Positions 25,548 to 33,213 of a stretch of 55,293 nt of DNA are shown here, piece after piece. The stretch lies in NCBI GenBank assembly GCA_947085365.1, contig CAMTWD010000070.1, forward strand, positions 1-55,293, written 5' to 3'. The number at the start of each line of letters is the position of its first letter. Positions within the stretch are counted from its first letter, which is position 1. A program made the position numbers and the translations under genes. The DNA comes from an uncultured Nitrospirota bacterium. Its GTDB lineage: Bacteria; Nitrospirota; Thermodesulfovibrionia; Thermodesulfovibrionales; CALJEL01. The notes beneath the pieces are model-generated. The model made no database searches. It was not told where the DNA came from and saw nothing but the letters and a program-made list of their open reading frames with translations.

Positions 25548-26021
25548 CTACTGCATCACAAATTCTGTAAAATATAGATTTTTAAATACATCCTTTCCCA
25601 TAACCTGATTTGCCCTCAGGAGTATCTCATCTTTAAGGTGCATCTTCCCCTCAGGACTTGCTATGAGTTCCACGGACTTACTGCTCACAAGGGTGATTAT
25701 GGCATCCCTTAACTGCGGGATTCTTGACATGACAAATTCCCTCTCTCTTTCATCAACCATCTCAAACTGCATCGTGACCTTCAAAAATCTCCCCTGTTCA
25801 AGGAGATTGAGGATAAAGGGATCAAGGGCAACAAGGGCTGGTCTCTGGGTCTTACCATGGATCTCTTCCTGAGGGGTCTCTGACTTCTTCTTTCCAAAGA
25901 CAAAGAAGTAACTGATACCCCCTGCAAGAAGAATAACAAGCACTGATATAATTATTAGCAGTAAACCCCTCTTTCCTCCCTTCCTCTCCTGATGCATCTC
26001 TTCAGTTCTCTCCTCTGCCAT
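25548..26021 (-). CDS. fliL: Flagellar basal-body protein FliL
   Basis: Single TM segment, then LDPFILNL...FLKVTMQFEM pattern. Confidence 0.85.
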   Translation of the reverse strand: MAEERTEEMHQERKGGKRGLLLIIISVLVILLAGGISYFFVFGKKKSETPQEEIHGKTQRPALVALDPFILNLLEQGRFLKVTMQFEMVDEREREFVMSRIPQLRDAIITLVSSKSVELIASPEGKMHLKDEILLRANQVMGKDVFKNLYFTEFVMQ

Positions 26022-26056
26022 CTGACCCTCCCTTCTGAGAATTTACTAATAGAGAT

Positions 26057-26071
26057 ACAAATTCCGTGCCA
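26057..26071 (-). promoter_or_regulatory. sigma54-type promoter upstream of fliL (TGGCACggaatTTGT)
   Basis: Minus strand reads CTGGCACGGAATTTGTATC, 50 nt upstream of the fliL ATG. A normal AAGGGAGGG SD follows. Confidence 0.5.
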
Positions 26072-26161
26072 GATAAAGATCTCCATGAAATTTAAGGATT
26101 TTTACAGGGCAACCCCTTCATCTGCCAAAAAAATGACAAGGAGGTGTTAAAGGAAGGACTA

Positions 26162-26183
26162 ACAGGGGGAGGGGTCCCCCTGT
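26162..26183 (-). terminator. GC-rich hairpin just after the flgE stop (acaggggga-gggg-tccccctgt)
   Basis: 9-bp stem related to the CACAGGGGG hairpin family. There is no adjacent U-tract. Confidence 0.3.
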
Positions 26184-26189
26184 CTCTTA

Positions 26190-27491
26190 TTATCTCTTAA
26201 GGTTCACCATCTCCTGGAGAAGTTCATCTGTTGTGGTGATTATCCTTGAATTCGCCTGGAATCCCCTCTGAGCAGAGATCATCTTAACGAACTCCTCGGC
26301 AAGGTCTACATTGCTGAGCTCTAAGGTATTGGAGAGGATCCTTCCAAGGCCTGAGGTCTGGGGCATTCCCACTATTGGCTGGCCTGAGTCAAAGGACTCT
26401 GCGTAGAGATTTCTTCCCATCTTTACCAATCCCGTAGGTGCCAGGAATCTCGCAAGGGCCACCTGTGCCAGGGTCCTTGTCTGTCCGTTTGTAAATATCC
26501 CGGTTATCACCCCATCCTCGGATATCACAATATTCTTCAAAAAACCAGCAGGATATCCGTCCTGACTGAGGCTCATAAGGGAGAAATCCGATGCAAACTG
26601 TGTGGAGTAGTCAAGACCATTTCCTGGGGGTGATTCGCCTGTGCCAGAGCCATAATTAAATCTGATTGCCTGGGGCAAGAGACCTGTTCCAAAGTTGAAG
26701 TTTATGGGTCTTGTATTGTCAGTATTGAGGGAACCGTCTGGATTAAATATAAGGGTCTGGGTTCCTGCATCAATGAACTGCCCTGGGTTCGCTGGGTCTT
26801 CGTAAAGATAATGGACATCCCATGTATTCGGACCGGTCTTCACGAAATAAAGGGTTACCTGATGGGCACCACCCTGAGAGTCATAGACGGTGACAGAAGA
26901 GGAAAAATTGTAGTTTGCTGGATCATTCTTAATCCCATCTCCGTTTGCATCAATGGTAAAAGGGCCTGGTGGCACTGCTGCCTCTGAGTTGAGATTGATG
27001 CCTATCGTTACTGATGTGGTCATATGGGCTGGAGTCTGCCTCATGGCAATCTTGAGATTCCCCAGGGTACCTGTTATATTGCCAGAGGCATCGGCGAGAT
27101 ATCCCTGAAGAATCAGACCATCAGGATTCACTATATCTCCATCCTTATCAATCTGGAACTGACCAGCCCTTGTATAATACCTCGCACCTTCATCAGTCAC
27201 GATAAAGAAGCCGTCTCCGTCAATGGCAAGGTCAAGGGCATTTGCAGTTGTTTCAAAGGAGCCCTGTGTAAATAATGGGGTTATACTGCTCACGAGCACA
27301 CCCCTTCCAATCTGCGAGGTGCCAGCAAGACCTGTTATTGTCTGACTCAGGACATCACCGAAGGATACCCTGCTTGCCTTAAAACCAATGGTATTCATAT
27401 TTGCGATATTGTCACCAATGACGGAAAGATATACGCCATTGGCATTCATACCACTTATCGCTGTGTAAAGGGATGTAAGCATATCAAACAC
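26190..27491 (-). CDS. flgE: Flagellar hook protein FlgE
   Basis: SLYTAISGMNANGVYLSVIGDNIANMNTIGFKASR and C-terminal LSNVDLAEEFVKMISAQRGFQANSR. Confidence 0.9.
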   Translation of the reverse strand: MFDMLTSLYTAISGMNANGVYLSVIGDNIANMNTIGFKASRVSFGDVLSQTITGLAGTSQIGRGVLVSSITPLFTQGSFETTANALDLAIDGDGFFIVTDEGARYYTRAGQFQIDKDGDIVNPDGLILQGYLADASGNITGTLGNLKIAMRQTPAHMTTSVTIGINLNSEAAVPPGPFTIDANGDGIKNDPANYNFSSSVTVYDSQGGAHQVTLYFVKTGPNTWDVHYLYEDPANPGQFIDAGTQTLIFNPDGSLNTDNTRPINFNFGTGLLPQAIRFNYGSGTGESPPGNGLDYSTQFASDFSLMSLSQDGYPAGFLKNIVISEDGVITGIFTNGQTRTLAQVALARFLAPTGLVKMGRNLYAESFDSGQPIVGMPQTSGLGRILSNTLELSNVDLAEEFVKMISAQRGFQANSRIITTTDELLQEMVNLKR

Positions 27492-27909
27492 CTCCTATCT
27501 CTTTGATATCAGATAGCTGAACCTTATCTCCACCCTCCAGTATGATATAGGTGATGTTATCCTCAAAGGTGATCCCTGTCACAACACCTTCCCTAACCTC
27601 CTCACCGTGAGCATATCTGATCCTCTTTCCAATAAGGGATATGGTTAATGTATTCTGAAGGGAATTCTGGTAGAGGAGGAGATCCTGCATCTTCCTGTCA
27701 AGGTTCTGGAGTTTCTCAAGGGAGCTGAACTGAGCAAGCTGGGCTGTCATACCTGTGCTATCTAAGGGTTTGAGGGGATCCTGGAATCTCAACTGGGTGA
27801 TGAAGAGCCTCAGAAAATCATCCTTTGAAAGACCACTCTTAATGTTAGCAGTAGCCCTCTGAAGGTTATCCCTGATCCTTACTTCGCCACCTATGGCAGA
27901 AGTCTCCAT
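27484..27909 (-). CDS. flgD: Hook capping protein FlgD
   Basis: DDFLRLFITQLRFQDPLKPLD motif. Confidence 0.85.
   Translation of the reverse strand: METSAIGGEVRIRDNLQRATANIKSGLSKDDFLRLFITQLRFQDPLKPLDSTGMTAQLAQFSSLEKLQNLDRKMQDLLLYQNSLQNTLTISLIGKRIRYAHGEEVREGVVTGITFEDNITYIILEGGDKVQLSDIKEIGGV
27878..27890 (-). repeat. Partial repeat copy at the flgD 5' end
   Basis: Plus strand cttacttcgccac; it encodes GGEVR. Confidence 0.6.
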
Positions 27910-27924
27910 AATAACACCTCCTGC

Positions 27925-29124
27925 TTATACGAAGATACTTATGCCCGAAGGGCCTTCTGAATTGCTTAAAAAGGGATTCTGGCAAGATGCCGATTCAAGG
28001 GTTTTGAAACCATCCCTGATAATCCTCTTCTGTTCTGGTGTGATCAGATCATCTCTGTTTCTACCTCCTATATCTACGGCAAGATTACCTACTGTTAAAC
28101 CCTCTTTGATGAGCACTGAGGTTATATGAGGTAGATTTATCTTTATCAGATCAGCCGTAACAGGATCAGAGGCATTTATAGATCCGTTAATAACTCCTTT
28201 CTGAAGGCTCAATCTTATATGAAGCCTTCCAAGCTCCTCTTGGTCAATAGAGACCCTTAGAACCCTGATCTCCCCTTCCATGCCTTTATTATCAATCCAT
28301 TCTATTACCTGATGCCACTTAACTTCATGAGATTGCATCCCCTGAGATTTCTCTCTTACTGTTACTTCGCCACTAAGTGGGGTAGAGAGATTTTCGGAGA
28401 TTATGTTGAAAAAACTGTTTTTATCACTGCTACTGTCACCTCGCCACCCACTGTTACTTCGCCACCAATCGGATGTAAAGATATCGGTCTGCTTACTGTC
28501 AATAGATTCTCCCTTCTTATCCTTCTGGTCTGAAAGGTAAAATATACCCGTCTCTTTAACTGTTACCTCGCCACTAACTGTTACCTCGCCATCTGCTGTT
28601 GGATCAGCAGGAATCACCTCAGGGAAGATAACATCCCCTTTATTCTTTAAAGAGGGAATGGGAGGAGAGACAGGACTTTCCAGGTTCGTTAAAACTGTTA
28701 CCTCGCCACTAGAAACTGCCACCTCGCCACTAAGTAGTGATAGGGAGCTACCAAGGGTGTTATCCGGTCTTGAGGGTGAAGTAGATGATCCACCATTATT
28801 TAGATGAGACCCTACGGGTGGAGTGCCCATCAGGAGGGATGTGGCCTCATCCCCCTGAGGTGAGGGCATATAAGGGAGATTCCTCCTATCCACCTTTATA
28901 AGGGAGGCCTCACCGTTACTTTGCCACTTACTGTCATCCTTACTTAGTCCGGGGTAACTGTCAGAAAGGTCCAAGAGGGCCTCAAAAGAGACCCTGACAG
29001 ATGTGGGAGGTCTCACAGAGTGGGGTACCTCACTTAGTGGCGAAGTAACAGTTGTGAGACCCCCAACTGTTATTTCGCCACCTATAGATGAAAGGGCTTC
29101 GACCACATCAACCATAAGATTCAT
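27925..29124 (-). CDS. fliK: Hook-length control protein FliK
   Basis: C-terminal Flg_hook-type region (LGRLHIRLSLQKGVINGSINASDPVTADLIK). Position is between the ylxF-like gene and flgD. About 10 repeat copies lie in the N-terminal two-thirds. Confidence 0.75.
   Translation of the reverse strand: MNLMVDVVEALSSIGGEITVGGLTTVTSPLSEVPHSVRPPTSVRVSFEALLDLSDSYPGLSKDDSKWQSNGEASLIKVDRRNLPYMPSPQGDEATSLLMGTPPVGSHLNNGGSSTSPSRPDNTLGSSLSLLSGEVAVSSGEVTVLTNLESPVSPPIPSLKNKGDVIFPEVIPADPTADGEVTVSGEVTVKETGIFYLSDQKDKKGESIDSKQTDIFTSDWWRSNSGWRGDSSSDKNSFFNIISENLSTPLSGEVTVREKSQGMQSHEVKWHQVIEWIDNKGMEGEIRVLRVSIDQEELGRLHIRLSLQKGVINGSINASDPVTADLIKINLPHITSVLIKEGLTVGNLAVDIGGRNRDDLITPEQKRIIRDGFKTLESASCQNPFLSNSEGPSGISIFV
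28359..28373 (-). repeat. Repeat copy inside fliK
   Basis: ctgttacttcgccac; encodes SGEVTV. Confidence 0.85.
28433..28465 (-). repeat. Two repeat copies 18 bp apart inside fliK
   Basis: ctgtcacctcgccac at 28433 and ctgttacttcgccac at 28451. Confidence 0.85.
28560..28592 (-). repeat. Two repeat copies 18 bp apart inside fliK
   Basis: ctgttacctcgccac at 28560 and ctgttacctcgccat at 28578. Confidence 0.85.
28695..28730 (-). repeat. Two repeat copies 21 bp apart inside fliK
   Basis: ctgttacctcgccac at 28695 and ctgccacctcgccac at 28716. Confidence 0.8.
28913..28927 (-). repeat. Variant repeat copy inside fliK in the third forward frame
   Basis: ccgttactttgccac encodes WQSNG. The flanking TAG of the consensus reads AAG here. 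Confidence 0.6.
29009..29081. repeat. Inverted repeat pair with GAGACC modules inside the fliK 5' end
   Basis: ggtctcacag at 29009. gtggcgaagtaacag at 29037-29051, then ttgtgagacccccaa, then ctgttatttcgccac at 29067-29081. Confidence 0.8.
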
Positions 29125-29136
29125 GCATGGAGAATA

Positions 29137-29151
29137 TCAAAATCTATGCCA
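29137..29151 (-). promoter_or_regulatory. sigma54-type element (TGGCATagattTTGA) abutting the fliK start codon
   Basis: Minus strand reads CTGGCATAGATTTTGATATTCTCCATGCATG. The ATG lies 27 nt from the T of TGGCAT, identical to flgF. The -12 C is replaced by A, and there is no SD. Confidence 0.4.
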
Positions 29152-29153
29152 GG

Positions 29154-29267
29154 ACTTAGTGGCGAAGTAACAGTACTTAGTGGCGAAGTAACAGTATGAA
29201 ATTGCCCTGAAAAGAATATTTTTCTAAAAAGGTGAAGAGACCGGGAACTGTTACTTCGCCACTAAGT
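29154..29267. repeat. MITE-like 114-bp unit: two direct 21-mers plus one inverted 21-mer
   Basis: acttagtggcgaagtaacagt at 29154-29174 and 29175-29195. actgttacttcgccactaagt at 29247-29267. Confidence 0.85.
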
Positions 29268-29277
29268 AAGGAAATTT

Positions 29278-29808
29278 TTACCTCAATGGAATCCTTTTCC
29301 TCTCTTCAGCTGTTACTTCGACACTAAGTGCAGAGAGGTGCTTTGTAATTGCTGCCACCTTTGAGGGGTCCATTGTGGCAAGGATTGCACCTGCCTTTCT
29401 TGGTCTCATCCCTTTTAATATCCTGGCAGCCCTCTCCTCTTCAATGGCCGAGAGTCTTATCCCTGCCTCTTCTGGGGGCATAGACTCATAAACCTTTACG
29501 AGATACTGCAGATCCTCTGACCTCTTCTGTTCTATTCTGTCCAGGAGGGCATTTATCTCTTTTAAAAGCTCTGAATATCTCTTAATCTTCTCATCGAGCT
29601 CCTTTTTAAGGGCTTTGAGCCTTTCTTCTTCTATCTTAAGGGCTGCCTCCCTTTCGTCAAGTGCCTTCTGCCTTTTCTGGATGAGCGTCACCGGATCATC
29701 CTGACAGTAAAGTAGGTCAGGTAAGAGGAGAGAGAGAACAAAGATGATAGCTCCAAACTTAGTGGCGAAGTAACAGTACTTAGTGGCGAAGTAACAGTTC
29801 CTACTCAC
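29278..29808 (-). CDS. YlxF/MotE-like protein with an MgtE-N-type domain
   Basis: PPEEAGIRLSAIEEERAARILKGMRPRKAGAILATMDPSKVAAI. Position between fliJ and fliK matches Bacillus ylxF. The N-terminus carries two CYFATK repeat translations. Confidence 0.6.
   Translation of the reverse strand: MSRNCYFATKYCYFATKFGAIIFVLSLLLPDLLYCQDDPVTLIQKRQKALDEREAALKIEEERLKALKKELDEKIKRYSELLKEINALLDRIEQKRSEDLQYLVKVYESMPPEEAGIRLSAIEEERAARILKGMRPRKAGAILATMDPSKVAAITKHLSALSVEVTAEERKRIPLR
29310..29324 (-). repeat. Variant repeat copy near the 3' end of the ylxF-like gene
   Basis: ctgttacttcgacac; encodes SVEVTA. Confidence 0.7.
29762..29797 (+). repeat. Two repeat copies 21 bp apart at the 5' end of the ylxF-like gene
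   Basis: gtggcgaagtaacag at 29762 and 29783. Confidence 0.85.
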
Positions 29809-30235
29809 CCCTCAGCCTCCTGGATATGAAATGGAAGTCTGCCTCTCTCTGTTCATCGCGAGAGGCCTTTCTCGCCCTCTCGATAATCATCCTTTTCATA
29901 AGTATCTCAAGAAGCCTCTTTTCCCTGTTAATCTCCAAGGCCCTCTCCTTCTTCTTATTAAGTTCCTCTTCGAGAATCTTCATCTCTGTCTTCTCGTTAA
30001 GGGCCGTATCGTGGAGATTAAAGAGGGCTTGATAATATAACTCCATATCAGAGGGATTAAGAAGAGCAGGAGAATTCCTGAAGGATCTTACAATCCTCTC
30101 TATTTCTACCTCAATAGACTTGAGCCTCTCGTCCTTGGCATCAATCTCATCTCGCGTCCTCTTTATCTCCAGCTCTATCTCATCCACTGCCTGTTCCTTC
30201 AGCCTTATAATCCTTTTTATCCTCTTGTCCGTCAT
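29801..30235 (-). CDS. fliJ: Flagellar export chaperone FliJ
   Basis: 144-aa coiled-coil protein directly after fliI, with overlapping start and stop codons. Confidence 0.7.
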   Translation of the reverse strand: MTDKRIKRIIRLKEQAVDEIELEIKRTRDEIDAKDERLKSIEVEIERIVRSFRNSPALLNPSDMELYYQALFNLHDTALNEKTEMKILEEELNKKKERALEINREKRLLEILMKRMIIERARKASRDEQREADFHFISRRLRGE

Positions 30236-31629
30236 CTTTGCCTCCTGTCAAATAAAAGAATAAGGTCCTGGACACTATCGGAGAGGTCTCGCCTCTCCTC
30301 CATTCCCTGTCTTATATAGACCCTAAGGGATTCCATCATCTCTATGGCATAATCAATCTTGGGATTTGAGCCAGGTTTATAGGCACCAAGATTTATCATG
30401 TCCTCATACTTTTTATATGTAGCAAGGGTCTCTACAAATCTCATGGCATACTCTCTGTGTGTTTCGCTTACTATATCAGGCATAACCCTGCTTATACTCT
30501 GAAGGACATCTACGGCAGGATAAAGGCCTTCTGCTGCGAGTTCCCTCGAAAGGATGATATGTCCATCAAGGATTGCCCTCGATGCATCAGCAATAGGATC
30601 GGCCATATCATCACCCTCGACAAGGACTGTATATATTCCTGTAATGGAGCCCCTTTCAAAGGCCCCTGCCCTTTCAAGAAGTCTCGGAAGGAGTGTAAAT
30701 ACCGATGGGGTGTATCCCTTTGATGTGGGCGGTTCTCCAGTGGCAAGCCCTATCTCCCTCTGTGCCTGGGCAACCCTTGTAAGGGAATCCATAAGGAGAA
30801 GGACATCATGACCTTCATCCCTGAAATATTCAGCGATGGCTGTAGCGGTAAAGGCAGCCCTCACCTTCTTCAAGGGTGGATCCTGGGCAGTGGATACAAC
30901 CACAACTGACTTTTCGAGCCCCTTCTCACCAAGATCCTTTTCTATAAAATCCTTTACCTCCCTTGCCCTCTCACCTATAAGGGCTATCACTGTAACAGTT
31001 GCCTCAGTAAATCGTGTTATCATTCCCATAAGGACGCTCTTTCCCACACCCGAACCTGCCATGATACCAATCCTCTGGCCTTTCCCACATGTGAGAAGAC
31101 CGTTGATTACCCTTATACCGAGATCAAGGGGTTCTGTTATCCTCTTTCTGTTAAGGGGGCTCACAGTAAAACCTGAAAGGGGATAGTCCTTTCCATAGAT
31201 GGGCCCTTTTCCGTCTATAGGGATGCCCTTGGCATCCACGATCCTCCCTATAAGGGATGGAGAGACCTTCACAGAGGTCCTCTTCCCTTCATTAATCACC
31301 CTGGCACCAGGCCTGATCTCCGTCATATCTCCTGTAGCCATAAGGAGGGCCCTTCCATCTTTGAACCCCACCACCTCTGCGTCAATGCCTACAGGATCAT
31401 CAGAGATAATCCTGCAGAACTCCCCAATGACAGGCCTAATACCAGAGACCTTTATCAAAAGACCTGTTATCTCTTCAACCCTTCCATAGACCTTTAACGA
31501 GTCAGCCTCTTTTATCTTTGAGATCAAGTTCGAGATCACCTTCTCTACTTTTACCTCGGGGATACACAGGGGGGAATATTCATTCCCCCCTGTGAGACCC
31601 CCGACTTTTACCTCGCCCTCTGCTGTCAT
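30232..31629 (-). CDS. fliI: Flagellum-specific ATPase FliI
   Basis: Walker A GSGVGKS and Walker B VLLLMDSLTR. The first ~29 codons are hairpin and repeat modules. An alternative GTG start lies near 31542. Confidence 0.95.
   Translation of the reverse strand: MTAEGEVKVGGLTGGNEYSPLCIPEVKVEKVISNLISKIKEADSLKVYGRVEEITGLLIKVSGIRPVIGEFCRIISDDPVGIDAEVVGFKDGRALLMATGDMTEIRPGARVINEGKRTSVKVSPSLIGRIVDAKGIPIDGKGPIYGKDYPLSGFTVSPLNRKRITEPLDLGIRVINGLLTCGKGQRIGIMAGSGVGKSVLMGMITRFTEATVTVIALIGERAREVKDFIEKDLGEKGLEKSVVVVSTAQDPPLKKVRAAFTATAIAEYFRDEGHDVLLLMDSLTRVAQAQREIGLATGEPPTSKGYTPSVFTLLPRLLERAGAFERGSITGIYTVLVEGDDMADPIADASRAILDGHIILSRELAAEGLYPAVDVLQSISRVMPDIVSETHREYAMRFVETLATYKKYEDMINLGAYKPGSNPKIDYAIEMMESLRVYIRQGMEERRDLSDSVQDLILLFDRRQR
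31565..31619 (-). repeat. Perfect 13-bp-stem hairpin plus GAGACCCCC and a degenerate core copy
   Basis: cacaggggggaat-attc-attcccccctgtg at 31565-31594, then agacccccgacttttacctcgccct. Confidence 0.8.
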
Positions 31630-32252
31630 ATCCTCTCCGAAATCTCCTTCAGTAGGGTTTTAAGCTGTTCGTCTATATCTGTTATAACCTCCTGAAAGGG
31701 AGTCATAATTCTGGAACCATAAGGTGGCAGAGATGGATCAGGTTCGATCACAATATCCGGATAGATCTTTAAAAGGCCCGGACTTCCCTTTTCAAATACC
31801 TCAACAAGCAACGGATTTACCCTTATCACGACCTGGCCCTGCCTCTCTATCCTCTTTAACCCCTCCTCCGTCATCTGAAGGACCACCTCAGGATTCACAC
31901 TTATCTCCCTGACCATTATCTTCCTTGCAATACTGAGGGCCAGCTCTATTATCCCATGCTTCATCCTCTCTTTAAACTCTTCTTTAAAGGAGATAAACTG
32001 GGCAATGAGGTCTTCAAGTCTGCTGAGGATAATCTTCATCTCCTTCTCAGCCATCTCCTTACCTGCCCTCTCACCTGAGGCAAATCCCCTCTCATAGGCC
32101 TCCCTTTCTATCTCCTCCAGCCTGCTGGAAATCACAGGAGGATTTTCAAAGACTGGCGGATCAAATCTCGAAAGTCCTTCTGCATCTCCTCTCAGTTTAT
32201 ACAACAACGCCCTCCCCTCCTTTACTGATAATAATCCTTCCTTCCTTTTCAA
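31626..32252 (-). CDS. fliH: FliH
   Basis: 208 aa between fliG and fliI with an EREAYERGFASGERAG-type motif. Confidence 0.75.
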   Translation of the reverse strand: MKRKEGLLSVKEGRALLYKLRGDAEGLSRFDPPVFENPPVISSRLEEIEREAYERGFASGERAGKEMAEKEMKIILSRLEDLIAQFISFKEEFKERMKHGIIELALSIARKIMVREISVNPEVVLQMTEEGLKRIERQGQVVIRVNPLLVEVFEKGSPGLLKIYPDIVIEPDPSLPPYGSRIMTPFQEVITDIDEQLKTLLKEISERI

Positions 32253-33213
32253 GCCTCCTTGCCACAGAGGCTATGTTCTTCTGGGCCTTCTGTATATCCG
32301 AGACCCTCACAGGGCCTTTTGCCTCCATCTCATCTTTAAGTATCTGGACTGCCCTCTGGGACATATTTTTGAATATCTTCTCCTTGAGGGCCTCTGTTGC
32401 TGTCTTGAGGGCAATTGCAAGGTCATCAGTGGAGACCTCCTTGAGGATAAGCTGTATAGACCTGTCATCAAGGGTTATGAAATCCTCAAAGGTAAACATA
32501 TTCTCACGGATCTCATCAGCCAGGTCTATATCCTGTTCTTCTATCTTTTGAAAGACTATCTCCTCAGTGACCTTATCGCAATAGTTCAGTATATCTGCTA
32601 AGGCCTTTGTGCCTTTTAATTCCCTTATCCTTCCCGCCCTTAGTGGCGAAGTAACAGTTGAAATCCTTATCCTTCCCTTCAATATCTCTCTGAGCTCTTC
32701 TATACCCTCCTCAGGGATCCTCTCCATTACTGCTATCCTTGAGGCAACCTCTCCTTTTAATTTATCAGGAAAGAGGTTTAAGACCTTTGCAGCCTTTTCA
32801 GGCTCCATAAGAGAAAGGGCCATGGCAATTATCTGGGGATGTTCATTGCGGAGCACTGCTGCTAAGGCCTTTGGATCGGTTCCTTCAAAAAGCTCAAAGG
32901 GACTCTCCTCGGAGATTATCTCCATAACCTCCCGTGCCCTCTCCTCTCCCAGTCCTCTCGGAAGGAGATTCTTTATAAAATCAGGCCCTGAAACAGGTAT
33001 CTCATCTCTTTCAATGATCCCTGCTGCCTCCTTTATTACTTCCTCAAGGTCTTTCTTTGTCACCCTCCTGAACCTCTTCATCTGAAGGGTAAGGGTTTTT
33101 ACTGTAACAGGATCCAGTGACTTCAGGACCTCAGAGGCCACATCCTCTCCCAGGGCAATCAAAAAGAGGGCTGCCTTCTCATATCCCTTAAGCCCCATCT
33201 CACCTCTCCTCAA
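32197..33213 (-). CDS. fliG: Rotor/switch protein FliG
   Basis: GYEKAALFLIALGEDVASEVLK...IRENMFTFEDFITLDDRSIQ...MSQRA. The probable start is the Met at 33198, which has a GAGGAGAGGTGAG SD. Confidence 0.95.
   Translation of the reverse strand: MRRGEMGLKGYEKAALFLIALGEDVASEVLKSLDPVTVKTLTLQMKRFRRVTKKDLEEVIKEAAGIIERDEIPVSGPDFIKNLLPRGLGEERAREVMEIISEESPFELFEGTDPKALAAVLRNEHPQIIAMALSLMEPEKAAKVLNLFPDKLKGEVASRIAVMERIPEEGIEELREILKGRIRISTVTSPLRAGRIRELKGTKALADILNYCDKVTEEIVFQKIEEQDIDLADEIRENMFTFEDFITLDDRSIQLILKEVSTDDLAIALKTATEALKEKIFKNMSQRAVQILKDEMEAKGPVRVSDIQKAQKNIASVARRLEKEGRIIISKGGEGVVV
32643..32657 (+). repeat. Repeat copy inside fliG
   Basis: gtggcgaagtaacag; encodes TVTSPL within ...RIRISTVTSPLRAGRIRELKG... 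Confidence 0.85.
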
